This document shows, in pieces, positions 1 through 10,661 of a stretch of 64,000 bases of DNA. The notes beneath the pieces were generated by a model. It saw nothing but the letters and a program-made list of their open reading frames with translations, was not told the origin of the DNA and did no database searches. This stretch comes from Eledone cirrhosa (Eukaryota). Numbering within the stretch: the stretch's first letter is position 1; each line of letters opens with the position of its first letter. The stretch is taken from NCBI GenBank assembly GCA_964016885.1, contig OZ024740.1:411432001-411496000 (forward strand), given 5' to 3'. A program made the translations under genes and the position numbers.

Positions 1-2908
1 CTTGGCAAGATAACATCAATCGCCAAATAAACCTTCTCCGATCTGACATAGAAATTTTAACAAACTATAAAGTAGGGGAACATGTTAAACAAACTAAACT
101 TAGAAAATTGAAAAAAAAGTACAGTATAAGATCAACATGTGACATAGACATGCTGATAGAAACAACCAAGCAAAAAGTGTCGGCCAAAGCTGCTCGTATA
201 AGGCGCTTTGAAAAACGATCTAGATTCTATAAGGACAATAATATGTTCAAAAACAACCAAAGAAACTTCTACAGAAAAATTGGTAAGTCAGCAATAACTG
301 CTAAATCAATACCACCCAAGGAGGAAGTGCAAGAATTCTGGGAAAAGATCTGGGCCGAAGAAAAAGTTCATAACATACATGCCCCATGGATAGACAGACA
401 AATAAAAGAAACAGCTTACCTTGAAGAACAAACATGGGAAAATATAACAGTTGAACAGCTGCGCTTGGCTCTAAGAAAAACCAGCAAATGGAAATCCCCA
501 GGAAAAGACAAAATACAAAACTTTTGGATAAATGCCTTCACAGAGTCTCATGAGCTGTTAGCCCAACTTTACAATGAAATAGTTAAGGAGCCAGAAAAGA
601 TACCATCATGGCTAGTTAACGGCATCACATTCCTGCTACCGAAGAATGATGAGACAAACAATCCCAAAAATTACAGACCGATAACCTGCTTGACCACAAT
701 GTATAAAATTTTAACATCAGTCCTAACTGAATACACATATGACCACCTGATAACAAATGACCTATTTCCCATTGAGCAGAAAGGGTGTAAACGAGGCTCA
801 TATGGCTGTAAGGATCAGCTTCTGGTTAACAAAATGATACTGGAAGATTGTCATAATAGACACAAAAATCTATCGATTGCTTGGACAGATTATAAAAAAG
901 CATTTGATAGTTTGCCACACAGTTGGATTGAAAAATGTTTAGAGATTTTCAAAATATCCCCCGTTATCAGGAGGTTTTTGTCATTCAGTATGAGGACATG
1001 GAGAACGACACTCCTTTTGAATAGTGAAACAAAATCACTGGAAGCTGGAGAAGTTAACATTAATTGTGGAATTTTTCAGGGTGACTCTTTATCACCGCTT
1101 TTATTCTGCATCGCACTTATACCATTAAGTAAAATGCTCAATGAAACAAAACATGGATATAGAGTCTATGACAAAACCATTAATCACCTGTTCTACATGG
1201 ATGACCTGAAACTATTTGCAAAAAATGATGAACAATTGCAAGGGCTATTATCCACTGTGAAGCAGTTCAGTGATGACATTAAAATGGAGTTTGGACTGGA
1301 TAAATGCGCCAAAGCAACGTTCACCAGAGGAAAGCTGCTGAAGAGTTCAGACATTAATCTTGATCGGGAGAACGTGATAAGAGAGCTTGATCAAGAACAA
1401 ACTTACAAATATCTAGGTGTTTGTGAAGGAGACGGAATCAAGCACTCGACAATGAGGGAAAGGATAAGGAAGGAATGTTACCGCAGAGTCAGAGCAATCT
1501 TAAGAACGGAATTGAATGCAAGGAATAGGATCGATGCCATAAACACGCTTGCCATACCAGTAGTAACCTACAGTTACAATGTCATCAACTGGTCAAGCAC
1601 AGAGATCCGTAGGCTCGATACAAAAATTAGGAAATTCTTAACCATGCACAGAATGCATCACCCTAAGGCAGACATAGATAGAATATATCTCCCTAGGAAA
1701 GAAGGAGGACGTGGGTTAATCCAGTTAGACATTGCGTTGAAAACTGCAACAATTGGATTATCCACATATCTAAGGGAATCACATGATTGGATGATCAAAC
1801 TCGTTTTGAAACACGAAAGCACCAAAAGATCATATTCCATTACAAAAGATGCACAAAGATACAGTAATGGACTACAAATTTCAGAAGTCCCATTTACTGC
1901 TGAAATGGAAAACACAGAAAAAGCAAAGCAGGTAAAAGTAACTGCAAAGAAAGAACTGCTACAGAAACTGGCTAAGAAATGGCAAGAAAAGCCTCTGTAT
2001 GGAAAATACCCAGAGCTAGCTAACAATCCTGATGTTGACAAAACTGTAACCCATCAGTGGTTGGCATCCTCTGGACTGAAATCGGAGACTGAAGGACTGA
2101 TTATATCGGCACAAGATCAGTGTCTGCCAACAAAAAATTACCAAGCCAACATAATAAAAAATGGGTGCAGCCCATTATGCCGTGTATGCAAAAAACAACC
2201 AGAGACCATTGACCATATAATTTCAATGTGCAGTCCTATAGCTCCAACCGAATACCTAAACAGGCATGACAGAGCTGCACAATACATACATTGGATAATG
2301 TGTAAGCATTTTGACCTGCCCCATCAAAAGAATTGGTGGGAGCATCAACCACCTTCCATACTTGAAAAAGATCACATCTCAATCTTGTGGAACTTTAGCA
2401 TCCAAACAGACCGAACAATAGATGCAAATAGACCTGATATAATATTGAAGGACTTTCAAAGGAGGGTATGCCTGCTAATTGATATGTCTGTTCCAATAGA
2501 CAAGAATGTATCTATAAAAACATTTGAAAAATTGAGCAAGTATAAGGACCTGGAGATAGAAATTGGAAAAATGTGGAAATTGAGAACTAAAACAATACCA
2601 GTGGTTGTAGGCGCTCTGGGAATGATACCTAAGGGGTCTAACGACTACTTATCGCAAATCCCAGGAAACCCGCGTATAGGAGAAATACAAAAGATAGTAC
2701 TAATGGGAACTGCCCATATACTAAGGAAGATCCTGTCAATATAAGTACATCACAAGTCTAAACACTAAGGATGCATGTGTGAATATGTATGTTCTTTCTT
2801 GAACATGGCGGACCTTGTTGTCTCTTGAGGTCACTGGTTGTGACTTGGTGATAACTCGTATAAACATAAAGCAAGATAAATGCAAATAATAATAATAATA
2901 ATAATAAT
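1..2908 (+). mobile_element. R4/Dong-like LINE copy 1 including 3' UTR and (TAA)n tail
   Basis: The ORF above is followed by a ~140-bp UTR and then (AAT)n at ~2886-2908. Confidence 0.88.
3..2744 (+). CDS. R4/Dong-clade non-LTR retrotransposon ORF (reverse transcriptase + CCHC + restriction-like endonuclease), 5' end outside window
   Basis: The frame is open from base 3 (WQDNINRQINLLRSDI...) to the stop at 2744. RT motifs: KSPGKD, YRPITCL, DYKKAFDS, GIFQGDSLSP, YMDD, YKYLG. CCHC: CRVC..ETIDHIISMC. RLE motifs: RHD, RPDII...IDMSVP...EKLSKY. Confidence 0.93.
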   Translation, partial: WQDNINRQINLLRSDIEILTNYKVGEHVKQTKLRKLKKKYSIRSTCDIDMLIETTKQKVSAKAARIRRFEKRSRFYKDNNMFKNNQRNFYRKIGKSAITAKSIPPKEEVQEFWEKIWAEEKVHNIHAPWIDRQIKETAYLEEQTWENITVEQLRLALRKTSKWKSPGKDKIQNFWINAFTESHELLAQLYNEIVKEPEKIPSWLVNGITFLLPKNDETNNPKNYRPITCLTTMYKILTSVLTEYTYDHLITNDLFPIEQKGCKRGSYGCKDQLLVNKMILEDCHNRHKNLSIAWTDYKKAFDSLPHSWIEKCLEIFKISPVIRRFLSFSMRTWRTTLLLNSETKSLEAGEVNINCGIFQGDSLSPLLFCIALIPLSKMLNETKHGYRVYDKTINHLFYMDDLKLFAKNDEQLQGLLSTVKQFSDDIKMEFGLDKCAKATFTRGKLLKSSDINLDRENVIRELDQEQTYKYLGVCEGDGIKHSTMRERIRKECYRRVRAILRTELNARNRIDAINTLAIPVVTYSYNVINWSSTEIRRLDTKIRKFLTMHRMHHPKADIDRIYLPRKEGGRGLIQLDIALKTATIGLSTYLRESHDWMIKLVLKHESTKRSYSITKDAQRYSNGLQISEVPFTAEMENTEKAKQVKVTAKKELLQKLAKKWQEKPLYGKYPELANNPDVDKTVTHQWLASSGLKSETEGLIISAQDQCLPTKNYQANIIKNGCSPLCRVCKKQPETIDHIISMCSPIAPTEYLNRHDRAAQYIHWIMCKHFDLPHQKNWWEHQPPSILEKDHISILWNFSIQTDRTIDANRPDIILKDFQRRVCLLIDMSVPIDKNVSIKTFEKLSKYKDLEIEIGKMWKLRTKTIPVVVGALGMIPKGSNDYLSQIPGNPRIGEIQKIVLMGTAHILRKILSI

Positions 2909-4378
2909 CAGCAATGATATATGTATGCAATTTGGTATTAGTAAGTGTGGAGTCATTGTGATGAAGAGGGGTAAGTTGAGCAGAGGTAACGGAATCCAGT
3001 TACCAACAGTTGAGATGATAAAGGAAATTGACTCTGAAGAAGGATACAAGTATTTGGGCGTTCTGGAGGCTGATGACATCAAGAACAAAATAATGAAGGA
3101 ATTGATAAGAACTGAATACATTTGGAGAGTAAGGAGCGTATTAAAGTCACATCTGAACAGTAGGAATGCCATAAGTGCAGTAAATTCCCGAGCTGTGTCT
3201 ATTATTAGGTACAGTGCGGGAATTCTGAGATGGAACGTTGCTGAACAAAAAGAAATGGATAGGAAGACTAGGAAGCTATTGACTATCTAGAACATGTTCC
3301 ACAAGAGGAGGGATGTCGATAGACTCTACTTAAGGAGATCTGAAGGTGGAAGAGGTCTTATCAGCATAGAGGACTGTGTTCAGATGGAGAAAAACAACCT
3401 ACACAAATACGTGACTGATAGTAAGGAGCCAATGCTCAGAATTGTACTGAAGGAGGGGACAATAGACCAGGGGATGTCCAAGGAGGAAATAACATCAAGG
3501 AGGAAGAGCAGCCTTCAGGAAAAATCCCCTCATAGTACCTTCTTTGAGAAAACTGAATTTAGAGATCCACAGACATGGAACTGGTTGAAAAGAGGAGACC
3601 TTAAAAAAGCTACAGAAGGAATGTTAATGGCTGCGCAGGAGCAGGCCCTCAAAACGAAGTGGTTGAAACACCATATTTACAAGGAGGAGGCTAGCCCACT
3701 GTGCAGGATCTGTAGAGAGAGAGAGGAGACTGTGGCTCACATTGTATCCGAGTGTAAACACCTAGCCCAGACTCACTATAAGGGCTGGAGACATGATGTG
3801 ATGGGCAGGGTGATCCACTGGCACCTATGCAAAGTAAACAATTTACCACATTCTGAGAAGTGGTATGAGAATAAGCCAGAGTCGGTGATAGAAAACGATC
3901 AGGTGAAGGTGCTGTGGGATTTTAGGATACAGACGGACAAAAAACTGGAACACAATAGACCTGACCTGGTGGTTGTGGACAAAGAAAAAAGATCGTGCCT
4001 GATTGTGGATGTGGCCTGCCCGTTCGACACGAGAGTGCAAGAGAAGGAGAGGGAGAAAATTAACCGATACCAGGACCTAAAGTGGGAGGTGAAAAGGATT
4101 TGGAACTGCCATGAAGTCAAAGTGATCCCGATTGTCATAGGCGCACTGGGGACTATCTCCAAAGGTTTCCAGGGATGGTTAAAGAAAATCGGCCCCTTCA
4201 CGCTTTTTGGAACGCTTCAAAAGGCATGCTTGCTAGGAACGGCAAGAACCCTCCGATACGTCCTGAATATCTGAGGCTGCAGGTAGTGGCTTGATATTCA
4301 ATCCAACGGACTTTCCAGTTAACCAACATCAATGACTGAGATTCAAGGAATAACAATATTAATAATAATAATAATAAT
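2909..4378 (+). mobile_element. 5'-truncated R4/Dong-like LINE, second family, with one premature stop
   Basis: ORFs 2880-3290 and 3294-4274 are in the same frame, separated by TAG. They contain YKYLG, CRIC..ETVAHIVSEC, RHD and RPDLVVVD...VDVACP. The element starts right after (AAT)n and ends in (AAT)n at ~4360-4378. Confidence 0.9.
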
Positions 4379-4563
4379 TGTTTCTACTTTAGGCACAAGG
4401 CCAGCAATTATCCAGTGCATTACTGGTACTTTATTTTATCGACCCCGTAAGGATGAAAGGCAAAGTCAACCTCGGCGGGATTTGAACTCAGATCGTAAAG
4501 GGACATAACTATGCTGGAAAGCATGGCGTCCGACTCTCCACCGATACTGCCAATCCACCACCC
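4379..4563 (-). mobile_element. tRNA-derived SINE inserted in the LINE (TAA)n tail
   Basis: The minus strand carries A-box TGGCAGTATCGG and B-box GAGTTCAAATCC. attaataataataataataat is duplicated on both sides. Confidence 0.9.
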
Positions 4564-4587
4564 ATTAATAATAATAATAATAATAAC

Positions 4588-4820
4588 AATACAAGGACAC
4601 TTTGTTAAGCCTTCATTACGTTTATTGATTTGGTGACGCGTGTTTCGCTATTGGTCAGCTCAAGGTTCGACCTGTATCGATCTGCTCCGACTCGTCCGAT
4701 GACCATTTGATTCCAGTCTCGAGCCAGATCGGTACAGATCGAACCTTGGGCTGATCAATAGCGAAACCCGTGTGACCAATCAATAAACGTAATGAAGGCT
4801 TAACAAATCGTCCTTGTATT
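4588..4820. repeat. Imperfect inverted repeat (~95-bp arms) of a Penelope pLTR-like sequence
   Basis: aatacaaggac..ttaagccttcattacgtttattgatt..tttcgctattg..gttcga.ctgta.cgatctg is mirrored at ~4725-4820. A third copy lies at 44421-44550. Confidence 0.75.
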
Positions 4821-4926
4821 ATTATATTACACTGTGTCTAGCTCTACATCTCGCCACTGACGTGACCTTAAAGATCGAGTGCTCACCTGGGTAAACCTAC
4901 CGTAACTTCACGTTACACTGCCTGGC

Positions 4927-5719
<793 letters not shown>

Positions 5720-6079
5720 CTCACCTATGTGTTTGATAATTATAGTAACAGATTCGATTTCGAAAGAAGCTGTAGTTTATTATAAAAATGCAGACAATAA
5801 TGATAAACTATTTTTAGCTGTTATTTTACAGTATTGTTTTCAATTATAATACTTGTACTAAATGAAACATTAACTAAATTAATACAAATAATACATTATT
5901 AGCAGGGAATGTAAAGTTGTCACTGTTGATTTTGTAGTATAAGCCAGATTAGCTTTGCTTCGATAGAGTAAATAATCAGAAGCGTAGACAGCATAACCAT
6001 TCTGACATTTTTATGTGATTTGGACGTCTGGCTTTCTCTCAATTTTAGTCTTGTATTCTTAATTCGAATGTGATTATTT

Positions 6080-7800
6080 CCTTTATATCTGGAAAAAAAA
6101 AAATGAGACTGTCCAAAGGCGAAGATAAACTTGCGATATGGGTCGAGCACTTCAAGAAAACACTAATCTGACCTGAGCCCGACTCTCTGACATAACTGAA
6201 GAGCCTTCTTATCATCTCCCTATTAATACTGGCGACTTCTCAGGGGAAGACATACGGAAGGCGATCAAAAGCCTAAAAAAATATAACCCGCCATATAACA
6301 CGATGGTATCACCGCAAAAATGCTTAAAAGTGAAGGGGAATGCGGCACCGGATGGTTGCAACCAGATCAGGTGAGATCAGGTGTGAACTGGAAGCGCGGA
6401 GCAGTTGCCTGTGTCCCTCCCAAAAAAACCTTGCAGAATGCGATACCTGGAGGGAAGTAACACGTCTATGCATACCTGGAAAAGTGTACTGCCAGATTAC
6501 CCTGAATCGAATGAAAGAGATAGTGGAACATGATTTGCGGGAGCAATAAGCTGGATTCCGACGCAAACACTCCTGTGCTGATCAACTCTTGAAATACAAT
6601 GAATTTCGAATACCACTTGCCATAGCATAAATTGACTTTACTAAAGAATTTGAAAGCCTACACAAAGCATCCTTATGGAACATTATCCTAGCTTATAGCA
6701 TACACTCCATGGTTGTTTCACCTATCACGGATTTATACAGTGGTTCAAAATGATGCATAAGAACTGAGGATGGCTATAGTGAATGGATTGAGGTAATCAC
6801 AGGAAGTCCGCCAAATATACCCGCTGTCTTCAATTCTCGTTGCTTTGGCCATCGACTGGATTCTCAAAGGGGCAACAGAAGATAGGTTGATTGACTAGCT
6901 AGATGAGCAGAAGCTCTTAGAGCTTAATTTTGCAGACGATATTACGACCATGGCAAAAAATACGTCCGACTTAAGTATCTGATAGATGAGATATAGTAAT
7001 CTACATCCAGCATCAGTCTCCACGCCAGTGCCAAAAGAACATGTTAGTTGGTATATATCCACCACTAACAAATGTTTGCATCAATCAGGAGGATGTGGAG
7101 GTCGTGGACAATTTAACCTACCTCGGAAGCGCTATCAACAGAAGTGAGGACATGGTGAAAGAAATCAATTACAGATTAAGCGAAACTTCGAGTGCTTGTA
7201 AGCAACTCAACAAATAATTGTTTCTACGTTTGGCACAAGGCCAGTAATTATGCCACTGTATTACTGGTACTTTATTTTATCGACCCTGTAAGAATGAAAG
7301 GCAAAGTTAACCTCGGCGGGATTTGAACTCAGTCCATAAAGGGACGTAACTGTGCTGCAAAGCATGGCGTTCGACCCTCTACTGATACTGCCAATCCACT
7401 GCCCTCAACAAATAATGGAGAAGCACAAGACGCTTCATTGGTACGAAGTTGAAATTGTACAACAGTAATGTGCTACCAAAGCTCCTGTAAGCGCGCAAAA
7501 CATTGTGTGATGAAACCAGCCAAGAGCACCAATTAGATAATTCTGACACTAAATGCCTTGGCGTCAAGTGGAATGATTTTATCACCAACAAAGAAGTATG
7601 TCAATAAAAACACCACCAACGTGTGTCTAACATTATGTGCAAGTGTCGACTTGGCTGATTGGAATACACGACCCCCAAGTGAGAGATATTTATCAGGTCT
7701 TGTATTCGTGCCCCCGCGGAAAGAGGTGATGAGAATATTCCAAGATAATCTAGCTGCAGACAATCGACAGAGAAATCCGTCAACAAAAGTTGGATCTATT
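6080..7800 (+). pseudogene. Decayed RTE-clade LINE reverse transcriptase
   Basis: Broken frames give WVEHFKKTL, AGFRRKHSCADQL, IDFTKEFESLH, LELNFADDI, VEVVDNLTYLGS and KLKLYNSNVLPKLL. There are many stops and frameshifts. Confidence 0.75.
7219..7403 (-). mobile_element. SINE inserted in the RTE relic
   Basis: Matches the SINE consensus. 13-bp TSD ctcaacaaataat at 7206-7218 and 7404-7416. Confidence 0.92.
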
Positions 7801-7907
7801 GATGGATGAAACTGACTGTGGTCATTGGAGTACTTTGGCTGCCTCATGCAACGCAGGAACGTCTAAATCTAATTCAGCCATCTACACCGGCCAAATTTAT
7901 CAAACCA

Positions 7908-8950
7908 CTAGCAGTAAAGCCCGGCGTTGCTCGGGGTCGCTCAGTAGCTGTGTTAAAGTTACAATGTTAAGTTTCTTTTTTGGCTTAAAAACTGTAGTGT
8001 CTACTGTGCAGACTTGCATGTGGTGTTTTTGATTAATATTCCCTCAACCAACAATATGCATTATGAAGTTAAGAAAACATAACGATAACCCGAATGTTAT
8101 AACAAAAGAGGATGCTGGGGATAAAAACTGCACTGGTTATTTATTAACAAAGATCGAAAATGTAAACACTGCAACGCAGAGAAAAACATTAGCGTAACCA
8201 AATTATCAGTTATGTCTGTCTGCACGCCTATATCACCTCTCTGCACGACTGTCTGTCTGCACGCCTATATCACCTCTCTGCACGACTGTCTGTCTGCACG
8301 CCTATATCAACTCTCTGCACGACTGTCTGTCTGTCTGCACGCCTATATCACCTCTCTGCACGACTGTCTGTCTGCACGCCTATATCACCTCTCTGCACGA
8401 CTGTCTGTCTGCACGACTGTCTGTCTGCACGCCTAACGAAATTTACAGATACATATATTTTAAATAAACTTCTATAATTTTTGCTTTTTTTTACGAAATA
8501 TTTGCTTGTTTTACGTAGTCTTCAAATAGACTTGTTTTCAAGTAAAAATATTGTTTTAAAATGCTTTTAAATGGAAATGAAGCAAAACGGAAGCTTAGTG
8601 TTCGAACTGATGAATTTTGCAGGTCAATATTTTGCTGGCTCGACAACTGTTCGTGTATTGTGTTAATGTCATTTTAAACGTTGAGAAAGCCAGCGTAATT
8701 TTTTACGTAAGACGCTCAATGTAAACAGAACAAAGGGAAATAACTGATAACTTACGCTCAAAAATCGATACATTATATTCGATTTCGTCACATAGGGCGG
8801 GTCAATTTGAAATATTTTTTTTCCGATGTCTTCGCTAGGGCTCAATGTACAAGTATAGCAATTTCGGTGCAATTCCGTGAGAGATTCTAAGAGGAGATGT
8901 GTGCCAAAAATCGATAGACAGACAGACAACCACAGTTTTATATATATAGA
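7908..8950 (-). mobile_element. Non-autonomous Helitron
   Basis: The minus strand begins A^TCTATATATATAAAACTGTGGTTGTCTGTCTGTC and ends with hairpin CCCGAGCAACGCCGGG, 8 nt, then CTAG^T. It is inserted at an AT dinucleotide with no TSD. Confidence 0.82.
8212..8434 (+). repeat. ~37-41-bp minisatellite inside the Helitron
   Basis: About 5 copies of gtctgtctgcacgcctatatcacctctctgcacgact. Confidence 0.9.
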
Positions 8951-9223
8951 TTAAATACTACATGCGCAATTCCTTCGTACGATTTCATCACCTTTATCAT
9001 TACCACACACCCATCTCGTTTCCATTGACTTTCACATTTTCTTTTGATATATATATATAGTGATTAGAAAGGTTACGTTGTTGTTTATTTTATAATTTCG
9101 GTAACAATATCCGTAGTTTTCATTCTAATAAGTGGATCAATACATTTGGTATTGTAAAATAAATAATTTGGGACCCTCTAATTTGATAGCAATATGCATT
9201 TGGCAATATTATTAGAGATTATA

Positions 9224-9400
9224 GGGCGGTGGATTGGCAGTATTGGTAGAGGGTCAGACGCCATGCTTTGACGCATAGAGTTACGGCCCTTGCCATTCTG
9301 AGTTCAAATCCCGCCGAGGTTAACTTTGCCTTTTATTCCTTATGGGGTTGATAAAATAAAGTACCAGTAATATACTGGCCTTGTGCCAAAAGTAGAAACA
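9224..9400 (+). mobile_element. SINE
   Basis: A and B boxes present. 16-bp TSD attattagagattata at 9208-9223 and 9401-9416. Confidence 0.92.
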
Positions 9401-9663
9401 ATTATTAGAGATTATATTGGATGAATTCCAGTAAATTTGATTGCAGGTTCGTTTGAGCTCCGAGTGAAATTTAGATGATTTTATTTCTAATGTTAGCATA
9501 GCATGAGTGTCTTCCCTTTGCAGGGTTCCTTTGCAACAGGTGTTTACCTGACAGCGTTGAATTGATGATGTGTTATAGAAAAGATGTGTAAAAAAGAGAT
9601 ATGTGAATGAGATAGTAAAACTTTAATTAGCAAGAATGATAGTTTACATAAACACATACATAT

Positions 9664-9664
<1 letters not shown>

Positions 9665-9742
<78 letters not shown>
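9665..9742. repeat. (CA)n microsatellite
   Basis: Pure CA tract. Confidence 0.95.
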
Positions 9743-9744
<2 letters not shown>

Positions 9745-10661
9745 AATATATACATATACTGAGAGAGAGGGAGTGAGAGAGAAGGAGGGGTTTGTAGAAA
9801 TTAAGATAGGAAGTGAATAATGACAACACATGAAAACAATTGGAAAACATAAAACTGTAAAAGTAAAACATAATCTATATGTGAGAGCAAATGTTGCAGG
9901 AGAAGCAACGAAGAAAGAAAGAGGCCGAGGGAAGGATTCTAAATAAATGGGGGAAGTCAACTATAACACTGAGTAGGAAAACGAATAAATTTGATGTAAA
10001 ATTTAGAAAATAATAATTTGGAACGGAAATGATTTAGCTGGAAAATAGCAGGGAAATGGAAGGGAGTAAGGAAATAATAGTGTTGACAAACATATAGAGA
10101 GTAAAAAACGAGAGATAAAACGGAAGAGTAAAGGTCTATTAGAGAGATGGAGATAAACATAAATTAATTACATTTGAAGAGTAACATTGTAATAATATTA
10201 AATAATTAAGTATTAAATAAAAATGAGATGGCAATCATTAGATGTTATTAACTACTAGGGCATAAAATACAAAAGAGAAAAATGGGTGAAGAAAGGAGGA
10301 TCAGAAATAGGAGCACAGAATATGTGTAAAAGAAGGAATACATAAGAACGAAAATAAATGAGATCCACATCCCTCTCTCTCTCTTTCTCTCTCCTTCACT
10401 CACACACTTTCTGCAGATAGATAGATAGATAGATATGTTTCTTTATTAGCCAAAGGGGCACAAAAGAAGGGGGAAGTTTACATAAAATAAATACGTGTAA
10501 AATATTATCACAAATGCAATTTAAAAATTAGTCGATTTTCCCCCAAAAAGGGGAAACATTTCATATGGGTAACACATACCCCCGAAAAAAAATGTGCAAC
10601 CCTCATCTCCAGGAGTACGAAGAGTTTGTACTCCTTTCTTCTCCTCCTCTTTTTCCTCAAC

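Noticed and set aside
3286-3296. Programmed readthrough at the TAG between ORFs 2880-3290 and 3294-4274
   Set aside because: It is more simply a TAC-to-TAG point mutation in a truncated dead copy. The homologous position in copy 1 is a sense codon.
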